From Nannocystis pusilla (lineage in GTDB: Bacteria; Myxococcota_A; Polyangia; Nannocystales; Nannocystaceae): a stretch of 64,000 nt of DNA. This document shows, piece after piece, positions 1 through 9,276 of the stretch (positions within the stretch are counted from its first letter, which is position 1; the number at the start of each line of letters is the position of its first letter). The DNA lies in assembly GCF_026626665.1 (NCBI RefSeq), contig NZ_JAPNKE010000002.1:1229204-1293203 (forward strand), read 5' to 3'. The position numbers and the translations under genes are program-made. The notes below the pieces were generated by a model. It did not search any database, was not told the origin of the DNA, and was given only the letters and a program-made list of their open reading frames with translations.

Positions 1-2664
1 CGGGCGGCGGCGACCGACGGCGGCGTGGCGCTCAGCAACGCCTCGGCGAGGGTGCGGTGGGCGCGAGCGAGGCGCGGGGCCCAGTGCGGGTCGTCGGCGG
101 CGAGGACGGTGAGCTCGGCGACGGCGGCGGCCAGCGGGACGCGGGCCTCGAGCGGCCGGCCGCGGACGAGCAAGTTCTGGCCGAGGACGAGGCGCAGCTC
201 GGCGATCTCCTCGCTCGACCAGGTGGTGTCCGGCATGCGCGCGAGGGTGGCCTGGAGGTGCTCGATGGCGGTGTCGTCGTCGACCGAGCCGGCGAGGCCG
301 CGATAGCCGGCGAGCAGGGTCGCCTCGGGCCCGAACAGGCGCGTGCCGGACAGCTCCGACAGCTCGGCGGCGGCGCGGAAGACCGAGGCGGCGTCGTCGT
401 CGTCGCCGATCTCGGTGGCGGCGCGGCCGAGGTGGAACAGGCACCGCGTGCGACGCACGAGGTCGTCGGGCAAGAACCGCTCGAGGGCGACGCAGCCGGC
501 CTGGAGGATCGACCAGGCCTCGCCCGGCTCGGCGAGCTGGGCGGCGGTGATCCGCGCCTCGATGGTGGCGGGGTGAACGACGCCGAGCTCGGCGTCGAAG
601 ATCTCGAGGGCGCGCGCGAGGAGGTCGTCGCGCGCGGCGCCCGGCTCGGTGACGGAGGCGAGGTTGAGGAGGGTGTAGCCGACGTCGCGGTGGCCGGCCG
701 ACAGGGCGCCCTGGCGCACGCTCAGGGCCTCGGTGAAGTAGCGCCGCGCCTCGGCCGAGTTGCGCTGGGCGAGGTTGGCGACGCCGAGGTTGTGCAGGAC
801 GAGGCCGCGCAGGGCCTCGGGAGCGGCGCCGCGAGAGGCGAGGGCGAGGGCGAGAGGCTCGTCGGCGAGGGCGCGCGCGACCATCTCGGGCCGGCGACTG
901 GCGGCGACGATCCGCGAGGCCACGGCCTCGGCCGCGATCGCGTCGCCGCGCGACTCGATGCCGCTGCGCATGGCCCGGGTCAACCACTCGAGCTCCTGGC
1001 CGGTCTCCTCGGAGGTGTTGAGCGAGAGCCGCCCGCGCAGCAGCGCGACCTCGGCCCGCAGCGGGGCGTAGCCGATCTGCTCGGCGGCGGCTTCGATGTC
1101 GACGGCCTGATCGACGGCGTCGTGGATCCGCCCGAGCTTGGCCAGCGCCTCGACCCGCGCCATGTGATTGCGCAGGTCGGCGACGCGCTCGCCGAGCTCA
1201 GGGTCGTCGGGCGCGGGCGGCTCGGCCTTGAGGAAGGCGAGCTCGTGGCAGGCGGAGGGCGGCACGAGATCGCTGGCGGCGCCGAGCGCCCGCGGGGCCA
1301 TGTCCATGTCGGCGATCGAGAGGGCCTTGACGGTCTCGTCGAAGGCGTCGCGCCGGCGATCGAGGCAGCGGCGCTGGCGATCGAGCAGGGCCTCGGTGTA
1401 GCGGCCCTGGTGCTCGGCGAGGCAGGTGTCGCGGTGGTTCTCGGCCCACGAGGCGGCGAAGCGATCGAGCTTGTCGGCGACCCTGGGCCACAGCACGGCG
1501 GCGTAGTTGGGCGCCGCGTCGCGCAGGGCCGTGGCGACGGCGTTGCGCTGAGCCGGGCCCCAGACGCGGGCGATGTCGGCGTCGGCGTCGGCGCACGGGG
1601 ACTCGGCGGCGGCCTCGGGCACGAAGGCGAGGCCAGCGGCGCCGGCGGTGAGGGCGAGCGCCAGGGCGGCGCCGACGAACCGCCAGGTCCGCCCGCGCGA
1701 CGGGACGAGCGCGCCGAGCAGCGCCTCCATCGACGGGTAGCGGTCGCGCGGCTCGGTCTTGAGGCCGCGCATGAGCGCGGCGATGAGCCACGCGGGCACG
1801 CCGTGGTTGCGCGGCGGGGGCCGCAGGTGGCCGTTGGTGATCGCGTGCGAGAGCGCGAGGATGTCGTTGCCGGCGAACGGCGGCAGGCCGAACAGGGCCT
1901 CGTAGAGGGCGACGCAAGCTGAACTGATCGGAGGCCGGCTCGGCCGCGCCGCCGCGCCAGCGCTCGGGCGCGAGATAGGCGGGCGTGCCGAGGATGTCTT
2001 CGCCGTCGTCGCCGACGCGGATCCGCATGCTCTGACTGGCGCCCGAGGACAGGTCGAGCAGGCCCGGGCGATCGGGGGTGGCGCGCACGAGCCCGAAGTC
2101 GAGGACGCAGGCGCGGCCGGTGGCGTCGATCATGACGTTGCCCGGCTTGAAGTCGCGGTGCAGGAGGCCGACCTCGTGGGCGGCGGCGAGGCCTCGCGCG
2201 GCTTGAGTGAAGACGTCGTGGATCTCGCGCCAGGTCCGCGGCCCGGCGGCCAGCCAGGCCGGCAGCGCGGCGCCGCGGATCAGCTCCATGGCGACGTAGA
2301 CCTGGCCCTTGACGACGCCGGCCTCGAGCACGGTGATGACATTGGGGTGGCTCACGCCGGCCATGGCCTGGGCCTCGCGCAGCAGCCGGATCTGGCCCTT
2401 CGACCCGGTGTCGGGCAGGACCTTGATCGCGACCTTGCGATCGAGGAGCTCGTCGTAAGCGGCGTAGACGACGGCCGTGCCGCCGCCGAGGCGCTCGAGG
2501 ATGGTGAACCGACCGAGCCGCGGAGGCAGGGTCGCAGGGACCGAGATCGCGACACCAGGCAGCGACTGCGTGATGTCCACCGAGATCCCCGACGCGTCCG
2601 TATCGGGAATGATGACGCTCATGGGACTCGACCAGTCTTGCACCGACCCGCACGCACGCCCCAA
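1..2664 (-). CDS. Ser/Thr protein kinase with C-terminal TPR-like repeat domain (runs off window start; apparent 1-nt frameshift near 1920)
   Basis: ORF 1198..2664 (-) begins with a canonical Hanks kinase domain (GxGxxG-like LGGGTAVVY, VAIK, HRDFKPGNV, DFG, APE). After ...DQFS it degenerates into R/P/A junk. The shifted minus frame continues with subdomains IX-XI (CVALYEALFG...RYPSMEALL) and then hundreds of residues of TPR-like repeats. That frame is the antisense of the listed + ORF 57..1922. It continues past position 1. Confidence 0.8.
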
Positions 2665-3269
2665 CCGCGAGGTCGCGAGGCCGATGCAGCGCGTTCAAGC
2701 GGCGCCGCCGGCCCGTGGCGCGTGTCCGCCCGAACGCGACGCGCAGCGGGCGCTAATCATCGCCTGTCCCAAAGTTTTAAATCGGTGTGGGCGACGGAAC
2801 GCCGGCAGAAGCGCGCGCAAGGCGGTCAAACCGCCGTTCTCCTGAAGTTGCCGCGGGCCCGTGATTGTGCGGTTGATCAAGCAACGAGCGGCGATCGTAG
2901 CGACGAAAGACCGAGTATCGGCGGGCGTACCGTGCATCGACGCGATCGTGGCTCGTATGCGGAGTGGGGGCGGATCACGGGCGCCGCGCGGCGGCGAATG
3001 GCACTTGTGCAGTGCGCCACGAATGCGGCGTTTCGGAGTGGTCGAGCTCGCCGTCGGCGCGTGAGACCAGAGTGGCGAAGAGGCGGCGGCGACGCTGGAG
3101 CCGCCGCGCCGTTTTGAGGGGCACGACTGCAAACGCGTGAAGACCGGGCGCGGGGGCGCCGGCGTGGTCGGCGTCACGCTGGGCGGCAGATCGGCGAGCG
3201 AGCGGCCGGTGGGGTTCGTGCCTCGCGCGAGGGTCGACGTCGGCGCGGGGACGTCGGCAGAGAATGACG

Positions 3270-3289
3270 ATATGTCTTTCGGGACATAT
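3270..3289. repeat. 20-bp perfect palindrome ATATGTCTTTCGGGACATAT, a member of the window-wide motif family
   Basis: Read directly: atatgtc-tttcgg-gacatat in the 1.1-kb non-coding gap between the kinase start and guaD. Confidence 0.6.
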
Positions 3290-3549
3290 TGATGACTGGG
3301 GCGAGACCGGGCCGGCGGGGAGGACGGCGCGATGGCTCGGCGGTGAGACTCGTTGCACAGGTGGCGCAGGAGCGCGGCGCGCAGGCGCGAGCGGCGAGGG
3401 CTTCGCGGTCGGCGCCGGAGAGGCCGGGCTTGTCGCCGACGGAGGGCGGCGAGGCCGGCGAGGTCGAGGGAGCGCGAATACGGGTGGCTCGTGGGCGTTG
3501 CGAGCGGTGCTCGGCGATGCGGGACGTCTGGAACGGACGGCCTCGTGAC

Positions 3550-3705
3550 TGCGCTCGCGGAGGGACGAAGGGCTCGCGGGCGGCGCGAACACGACGTCGC
3601 ATTCGCGGAGGCACGCAGGTCTCGCGGGCGGCGCGTACACGGGGCGCGCTCGCGGAGGCACGCGGGCGAGGGCGGGGCGAACACGGGTCGCGCTCGCGGG
3701 TCCAC
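3550..3705. repeat. Degenerate tandem repeat, ~40 bp x3 (CTCGCGGGCGGCGCGWACACG...TCGCGGAGGCACGC)
   Basis: Direct repetition visible in the DNA upstream of guaD. The same periodicity shows in the junk ORF 3174..3770 (VPPRMRRRVRAAREPFVPPRAQ). Confidence 0.6.
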
Positions 3706-3787
3706 GTTGGACTCGTAAGCGCTCGTGCGAGCACTTTGGCGCGGGACCGGATTGCGCGCCGCGGCGGCAACGGGCACCTTCGGCCGG

Positions 3788-5082
3788 ATGTCGACGATCA
3801 CCGACGGCCCCGCGAAGACCCCGTCCCGCGCCCGCGTGCTGCGGGGGCGCATGCTGTGTCCCGATCCGCGGCAGGCGAAGATCGAGCGCATCGCCGACGG
3901 GCTGCTGACGATCGGCGAGGACGGACGGATCGCCGCGATCGCGCCGGCGCCGGAGGACTGCACGCTGCCGCAGTCGTACCCGGGGGCGGTGATTTTGCCG
4001 GGCTTCGTCGACACGCACGTCCACTTCCCGCAGACCCGCGTGATCGGCAGCGCGAGCGGGCCGCTGCTCCGCTGGCTCGAGCGGACCGTGTTCCCCGAGG
4101 AGCAGCGGTTCCACAGCGTGCGCTACGCGGCGGCGGTGGCGTGGGAGTTCTGCGAGGCGATGATCCGCCAGGGCACCACGTGCGCGGCGATCTACGCCTC
4201 GAGCCACGAGGCCGCCACCGACGTGCTGTTCCAGGAGCTGAGCCGCTGCGGGCTGCGGGCGCTGGTCGGCATGACGCTGATGGATCGCGGGGCGCCGCCG
4301 GGGCTGCTCGTCGGGGCCGACGAGGCGATCGCGGGCTGCGAGCGGCTCATCGCCCGCTGGCACGGTCACGACGGCCGGCTCGGGTTCTGCGTCACGCCGC
4401 GGTTCGCCCTCGCTGCACGCCGGAGCTGCTGCGCGCGGCCGGGCGGCTGGCGGAGGCGCACGGATTACATGTCCAAACGCACCTGTCCGAAAATACCGAT
4501 GAGTTGGTGCACACCGCGACGGCGTTCCCGGCGGCCCGCGATTACCTCGAGGTGTACGAGTCGCACGGGCTCAGCGGGCCGCGCTCGGTGTTCGCGCACT
4601 GCGTGCACCTGTCGGACGGCGAGTGGGATCGACTGGCGGCGGCCGGCGGGGCGGTGGCACATTGCCCCGACAGCAACTTCTTCCTCGGCAGCGGCTGCAT
4701 GCGCCTGCGGGCGGCCACCGGGCGGGGCATCCGCGTCGGGCTCGGCACCGACGTCGGCGCCGGCCGCAGCTTCTCGCTGCGCCAGGTGGTCGCGAGCGCC
4801 TACGACGCGAGCCTCATCGCCGGGGCGCCCGCGACGGCCGAGGAGCTGTTGTGGCTGGCGACCCGGGGCGGAGCTTGCGCGCTGGGGATGGCGGCCGAGC
4901 TCGGTTGCCTGCAGCCCGGTCACTCGGCCGATCTGGCGGTGATCGACGCGCCCGAGATCGCGGCCGCCGACGGGCTGTTCGACGCCCTGGCGTTCCGGCG
5001 CGACGCGGCGCCCGCCCGCGCGGTGTTCGTCCGCGGGGCGCTGCTGCGGGGCGCGGTCGCTGCCGGTCCCGAGGTGGTGTAA
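3788..5082 (+). CDS. guaD: guanine deaminase (amidohydrolase family), apparent 1-nt frameshift near 4412
   Basis: N-terminal half in frame of ORF 3725..4942 (PGFVDTHVHFPQTRVIGSASGPLLRWLERTVFPEE...). C-terminal half in frame of ORF 3289..5082 (LHVQTHLSENTDE...HCPDSNFFLGSGCMRL...GLGTDVGAG). Junction RFALA|CTPELLRAAG needs one extra base. ATG at 3788. Confidence 0.8.
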
Positions 5083-5090
5083 ACCGAGGC

Positions 5091-6512
5091 ATGCTCCGCG
5101 AGACATATCCCCTGTTCCTCGGCGGCCGCGCGGTGCAGGCCAACTTCGACCTGCCCGTGCTGGACAAGTTCTCCGGCGAGGAGGCGGCCCGCGTGGCCCA
5201 GGCCGACCCGGGCACGCTCGACGCGGCGATCGCCGCCGCCGCCGGGACGACGCGGGCGATGGCCGCGCTGCCGCCCTACGCCCGCCAGGCCGCGCTCGAG
5301 CACTGCGCGCGCCAATTCGAGGCGCGCGCGGCCGAGCTGGCGATGGTGCTGTGCATCGAGGCGGGCAAGCCGATCCGCGACGCCCGCGGCGAGGTGGGCC
5401 GCCTGATCGAGACGTTCAAGGCCGCGGCGGCCGAGGTGACGCGACCGGCCGGCGAGGTGCTGGCGATGGCGAGCAGCCCGCGCCTGCGAGGCTACCGCGG
5501 CCAGTGGAAGCGGGTGCCGATCGGCGCGTGCTCGCTGATCTCGCCGTTCAACTTCCCGCTCAACCTGGCGGCGCACAAGATCGCGCCGGCGATCGCCGCG
5601 GGCTGCCCGTTCGTGCTCAAGCCCGCCAGCGCGACGCCGATCTCGGCGCTGCTGATCGGCGAGGTGCTGGCCGAGGCGGACCTGCCCGAAGGGTCATGGT
5701 CGATCGTGCCGTGCCCGCGCGCCGGCGCCGACGCGCTGGCCAGCGACGACCGCCTCAAGCTGCTCAGCTTCACCGGCTCGCCGGCGGTCGGCTGGGCGAT
5801 GAAGGCCCGCGCCGGCAAGAAGAAGGTGGTGCTCGAGCTCGGCGGCAACGCGGCCTGCGTGGTCGACGAGACCGCCGACCTCGAGAAGGTGGTGCCGCGG
5901 CTCGTCACCGGGGCGTTCTACCAGTCGGGCCAGAGCTGCATCAGCGTGCAGCGGATCATCGCCCACACGTCGATCTACGCCGAGCTGCGCGAGCGCCTGG
6001 TCGCGGCCGTCCGCGAGCTGCGCGTCGGCGACCCGCGCGACGAGGACACGTTCATCGGGCCGATCATCTCCGAGAAGGAGGCGAGCCGGATCGCCGCGTG
6101 GATCGACGGCGCGGTCAAGGCCGGCGCGCGCCTGTTGTGCGGCGGCCAGCGCGACGGGGTGATGGTGGCGCCGACGCTGCTCGAGAACGTGCCGCGCGAC
6201 CAGCCGATCGCCGCCGAGGAGGCGTTCGGGCCGGTGGCGCTGCTGTCGGAGTTCGCCAGCTTCGACGAGGCGCTGTGGCAGGTCAACGACAGCAAGTTCG
6301 GCCTGCAGGCGGGCGTGTTCACCCGCGACATCGACCGCATGCACCAGGCGTGGGACTCGCTCGAGGTCGGCGGGGTGATCATCAACGACGTGCCGTCGTT
6401 CCGCGCCGACCCGATGCCCTACGGGGGGGTCAAGGACTCCGGTCTCGGTCGCGAGGGGCTCCGCTTCGCCATCGAGGACATGTCGGAGATCCGGATGCTC
6501 GTGGTGCGGTGA
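5091..6512 (+). CDS. NAD(P)-dependent aldehyde dehydrogenase family protein
   Basis: MLRETYPLFLGG...FTGS...ELGGNA...GQSCISVQRII: ALDH catalytic Cys and Glu motifs. GAGG RBS before the ATG at 5091. Upstream residues of listed ORF 4623..6512 are read-through. Confidence 0.85.
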   Translation: MLRETYPLFLGGRAVQANFDLPVLDKFSGEEAARVAQADPGTLDAAIAAAAGTTRAMAALPPYARQAALEHCARQFEARAAELAMVLCIEAGKPIRDARGEVGRLIETFKAAAAEVTRPAGEVLAMASSPRLRGYRGQWKRVPIGACSLISPFNFPLNLAAHKIAPAIAAGCPFVLKPASATPISALLIGEVLAEADLPEGSWSIVPCPRAGADALASDDRLKLLSFTGSPAVGWAMKARAGKKKVVLELGGNAACVVDETADLEKVVPRLVTGAFYQSGQSCISVQRIIAHTSIYAELRERLVAAVRELRVGDPRDEDTFIGPIISEKEASRIAAWIDGAVKAGARLLCGGQRDGVMVAPTLLENVPRDQPIAAEEAFGPVALLSEFASFDEALWQVNDSKFGLQAGVFTRDIDRMHQAWDSLEVGGVIINDVPSFRADPMPYGGVKDSGLGREGLRFAIEDMSEIRMLVVR

Positions 6513-6516
6513 TGTG

Positions 6517-6556
6517 TCTTTTCGGGCATGTCGTCAGGGACATGTCCGAAAAGACC
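6517..6556. repeat. Perfect inverted repeat (17-bp arms GTCTTTTCGGGCATGTC / GACATGTCCGAAAAGAC, 6-nt loop) between convergent genes; motif family; possible bidirectional terminator or protein-binding palindrome
   Basis: Read directly. Starts 5 nt after the aldehyde dehydrogenase stop and ends 6 nt before the SDR stop. No U-tract. Confidence 0.6.
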
Positions 6557-6561
6557 TCTCG

Positions 6562-7365
6562 TCACACGACCGGGACGGTGCCGCCGTCGATGGTGGTCTC
6601 GCTGCCGTGGATCGAGGCGGCGCGGTCGGAGACGAGGAAGGCGACGAGCTCGGCGACCTCCTCCGGCCGGCCGGGGCGGCCGATCGGGATGCCGCCGAGC
6701 GAGGTCATGAGGCCGTTGCGCGCGGTGGCCTCGTCGGTGCCGGCCTCGGCGGCCAGGCGGACGACGAGGGCGTGGGCGGCGGCGGTCTCGACGTAGCCGG
6801 GGGCGATGCTGTTGACGCGCACGCCCTGGGGGCCGAACTCCTTGGCGAGGCCCTTGCTGTAGGTGCTGAGGGCGGCCTTGGCCGCGGCGTAGGCGAGGGT
6901 GGACTCGTAGAGCGGCATGCGCCGCTGGATCGACGAGACGTGGAGGATGACGCCGTAGCGCTGGGCGACCATGCCGGGCAGGAAGGCGCGGTCGAAGCGG
7001 ACGGCGGCGAGCAGGTTGAGGTCGAGCTCGTGGCGCCACTGGTCGTCGTCGAGGGCGAGGGCGCCGCCGCCGGGAGCGGTCGAACCACCGGCGTTGTCGA
7101 CGAGGATGTCGAGGCCGCCGAAGGCGTCGGTCACGGCGCGGACGACCCGCTCGACGCCCTCGCGGGTGGAGATGTCGGCCCGCACGAACAGGGCCGGCTC
7201 CTGTCCTTCGGGCAAGGCGGAGCGCGCGGTGGTGGCGACCGACGCGCCGCCGGCGGCGAGCCGACGCACCATCGCGGCGCCCATGCCCTGCGTGCCGCCG
7301 GTGACGAGGACGCGCTTGCCGGTGAATTCGCGGGGGTCGTAGAAGAGGGGCGTTGCCTGGCTCAT
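6562..7365 (-). CDS. SDR family oxidoreductase
   Basis: VLVTGGTQGMG (Rossmann TGxxxGxG), NAG, and a Y-x3-K triad region (YAAAKAAL). Confidence 0.85.
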   Translation of the reverse strand: MSQATPLFYDPREFTGKRVLVTGGTQGMGAAMVRRLAAGGASVATTARSALPEGQEPALFVRADISTREGVERVVRAVTDAFGGLDILVDNAGGSTAPGGGALALDDDQWRHELDLNLLAAVRFDRAFLPGMVAQRYGVILHVSSIQRRMPLYESTLAYAAAKAALSTYSKGLAKEFGPQGVRVNSIAPGYVETAAAHALVVRLAAEAGTDEATARNGLMTSLGGIPIGRPGRPEEVAELVAFLVSDRAASIHGSETTIDGGTVPVV

Positions 7366-7451
7366 GGGTCATCTCCGGGCGAGCGCACGCGCGGCGCGTG
7401 GTTCGCCGCCGCCGATTGCTCGGACCGCGAAGATGGGACGAGTCTGGTGGA

Positions 7452-7700
7452 GTGACAAGTACGCACGAAAAAGTCAGCCACTCACCCGCAGGTAAGTCCG
7501 AGCCGCTGACGCCGGAGGCGGTGGCCGAGGCGGTGGGCGAGGCGCTGGCGCTGCTCGAGGGGCGCTGGAAGCTGCGGATCTTGTTCAACCTGTTCGGCGG
7601 CAAGGTGCTGCGCTACTCGGAGCTCGAACGCGCCATTCCGGAGGTGTCGCAGAAGATGCTGGCGCAGGTGGTGAGCCGAGGACGGCGGCTCGGGGCGTGA
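7452..7700 (+). pseudogene. HxlR-family transcriptional regulator, truncated after the HTH region (~65 aa of an expected ~110-120)
   Basis: ALALLEGRWKLRILFNLFGGKVLRYSELERAIPEVSQKMLAQ is a typical HxlR wHTH. The ORF stops 15 aa later. The 76-bp tandem repeat array lies immediately downstream. Confidence 0.55.
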
Positions 7701-7759
7701 GAGGAGCGCAGCGAGCAGGCGCCGGCGAGCGCGAGCGAGGCGGAGCGTTGGGGTTGCGA

Positions 7760-8110
7760 GGCGGATGTCTCTTCGGACAGATGATCGAGGATGTCCGAAG
7801 AGGCAGGTGCTCGCGGCCGTGAGGCGCGGGCGTTTCGGACAGGCGCGCGCTTCGGTCGCGGAGTGACTGTCGCTTCGGACAGGTGCTCGCGGCCGTGAAG
7901 AGCGGGCGTTTCGGACAGGCGCGCGCTTCGGTCGCGGAGTGGCTGTCGCTTGGGACAGGTGCTCGCGGCCGTGAGGCGCGGGTTTTGGACAGGCGCGCTT
8001 CGGTCGCGGAGTGGCTGCTTCGGACGGGCGGGGCGCGGCGCCAGCTGTCGCTTGGGACAGGCGCTCGGCGCTGCAGGGCGGGGCTGTCTCTTCGGACAGG
8101 TGAACCGGCG
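7760..8110. repeat. Tandem repeat array, ~76-bp unit x ~3.5-4, each unit with two motif cores (TGTCGCTTCGGACAGGTG and CGTTTCGGACAGGCG)
   Basis: Units starting ~7803, 7877, 7953 and 8051 align with few substitutions. Terminal copy is ...CTGTCTCTTCGGACAGGTGAACCGGCG. Confidence 0.8.
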
Positions 8111-8195
8111 CTACTCGAAACGCAACGCCGGAGCGCGGTCGCGACGAAGCCGCCCGGAGTCGCGGGACGCCGGGCGGACGGGGCTCGGGCGCGGT

Positions 8196-8579
8196 TCAGC
8201 GCAGCGAGTTGCGGAGCCGCGGGATGGTGTCCGGGAGGACGACGCTGACGAGGATGCCGAGCGGCGCCTTGATGCAGTCGACGGCCATGCCCATGCGGTA
8301 CTTGTCGGTCAGGTCGACGACGATGATCATGACGTTGCCCTCCTCGCCGAGGCGCAGGAGCGTCTGATAGACGAAGTCGGGCACCGGCAGCTGGGACTTC
8401 TTGAGCGCCTCGGTGATTCGTTCACAGAGGATGTTGAAGAGGGCGCACGCCTTGGGCGAGCTGCGGATGCCGGCGACCGACATACCGGACGTCTTGCTGA
8501 AGACGTCGATGGTGGCGAGGCCGCCCATCAGGCCGTCTTCGATCTCGGTGAGGGTCGAATTCACGTCTTTCAGGTTCAT
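8196..8579 (-). CDS. Roadblock/LC7 domain protein (MglB-like)
   Basis: 127 aa with unbiased composition (MNLKDVNSTLTEIEDGLMGGLATIDVF...) and the size/pattern of Roadblock/LC7. Locally lower GC. GGAGGCACACC-type RBS. Confidence 0.7.
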   Translation of the reverse strand: MNLKDVNSTLTEIEDGLMGGLATIDVFSKTSGMSVAGIRSSPKACALFNILCERITEALKKSQLPVPDFVYQTLLRLGEEGNVMIIVVDLTDKYRMGMAVDCIKAPLGILVSVVLPDTIPRLRNSLR

Positions 8580-8929
8580 CTCGGTGTGCCTCCGGGCCGC
8601 GATCAGCGAGCGAGGACCACACTACATGGAGCCGGGGTCCGATCGGTGGGGTGTCGGCGAGAAAGCGGCCCTGCCGTTCCGCGGGGGCGAGCGCGTCGCG
8701 GGTTGCACGCGTTCCGCGAAAGCGGCCGCAGGGCCACCTCCGCGGCGGTTTGGCGTCGTTTACGGTTGCGCAAACGGCGCCAGGCGGCGAGAAATCCCCT
8801 TGGTCCGGGGGCATCCGGGGGCCTGGGGGGCCGGCGGCCGTAGATCACCCCCGCCCGGTCCCGGCGGGTCGGCCGGCCAACTGTCCTGCCAGTCAGGGTG
8901 GTGCGGAGAGGGGGGCGCGCTCGCAAAGG

Positions 8930-9250
8930 GGAGCCGGCGGCTGTCCTTGAGGGCAGGTCAGGAGCGCCCGGCGACGCGCGGCGGTCGATCGGAGGCTGTC
9001 CTGGGGGACAGGTGGCGTCGCGGCGGTAGCGAGCATCGGTGGAGTGCCGTCGCGGCGGCGGTCTCGAGCATCGGTGGAGTGGCGTCGCGGCGGCGGTAGC
9101 GAGAGCGGTTGCCCGGTAGCGACCGCGGCGAGGTCGGGGCGGCGGACTCGAGCATCGGTGGAGTGGCATCGGGGCGGTGGTGGCGAGAGCGGTTGCCCGG
9201 TCGCGACTGCGGCGAGGCCGGGTGCACCGACCTCGCCGCTCGAGCTGTCC
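8930..9250. repeat. Complex direct-repeat region: CGAGCATCGGTGGAGTGSCGTCGCGGCGGCGG x3 and GCGAGAGCGGTTGCCCGGTMGCGACYGCGGCGAGG x2, flanked by CTGTCC-N5-GGACAGG palindromes
   Basis: Read directly. The periodicity reappears as RSLPGNRSRYRRRDATPPMLE repeats in junk ORF 8958..9227. Confidence 0.6.
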
Positions 9251-9276
9251 TTGCGGACAGGTTTTTTAGATGTCTC

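Noticed and set aside
57-1922. 621-aa + strand ORF
   Set aside because: Extreme G/D/E/A/L/V/R composition typical of the antisense of a high-GC gene. Its reverse complement encodes the well-conserved TPR tail of the Ser/Thr kinase.
980-2698. 572-aa - strand ORF
   Set aside because: Wrong-frame overlap of the kinase gene (R/P/A-rich, no motifs).
2695-4369. ORFs 2695..4014 (-) and 2975..4369 (-) and 3289..3787 part of the 597-aa + ORF
   Set aside because: Arg/Pro/Ala-rich junk lying over non-coding DNA and antisense to guaD. The only conserved protein in this span is guaD from 3788.
7760-8110. Tandem arrays (7760-8110, 25665-25940, 29930-30170) as CRISPR
   Set aside because: Units are contiguous with no unique, size-constant spacers, and no cas genes are present. 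29930-30170 is coding (a Pro-rich linker).
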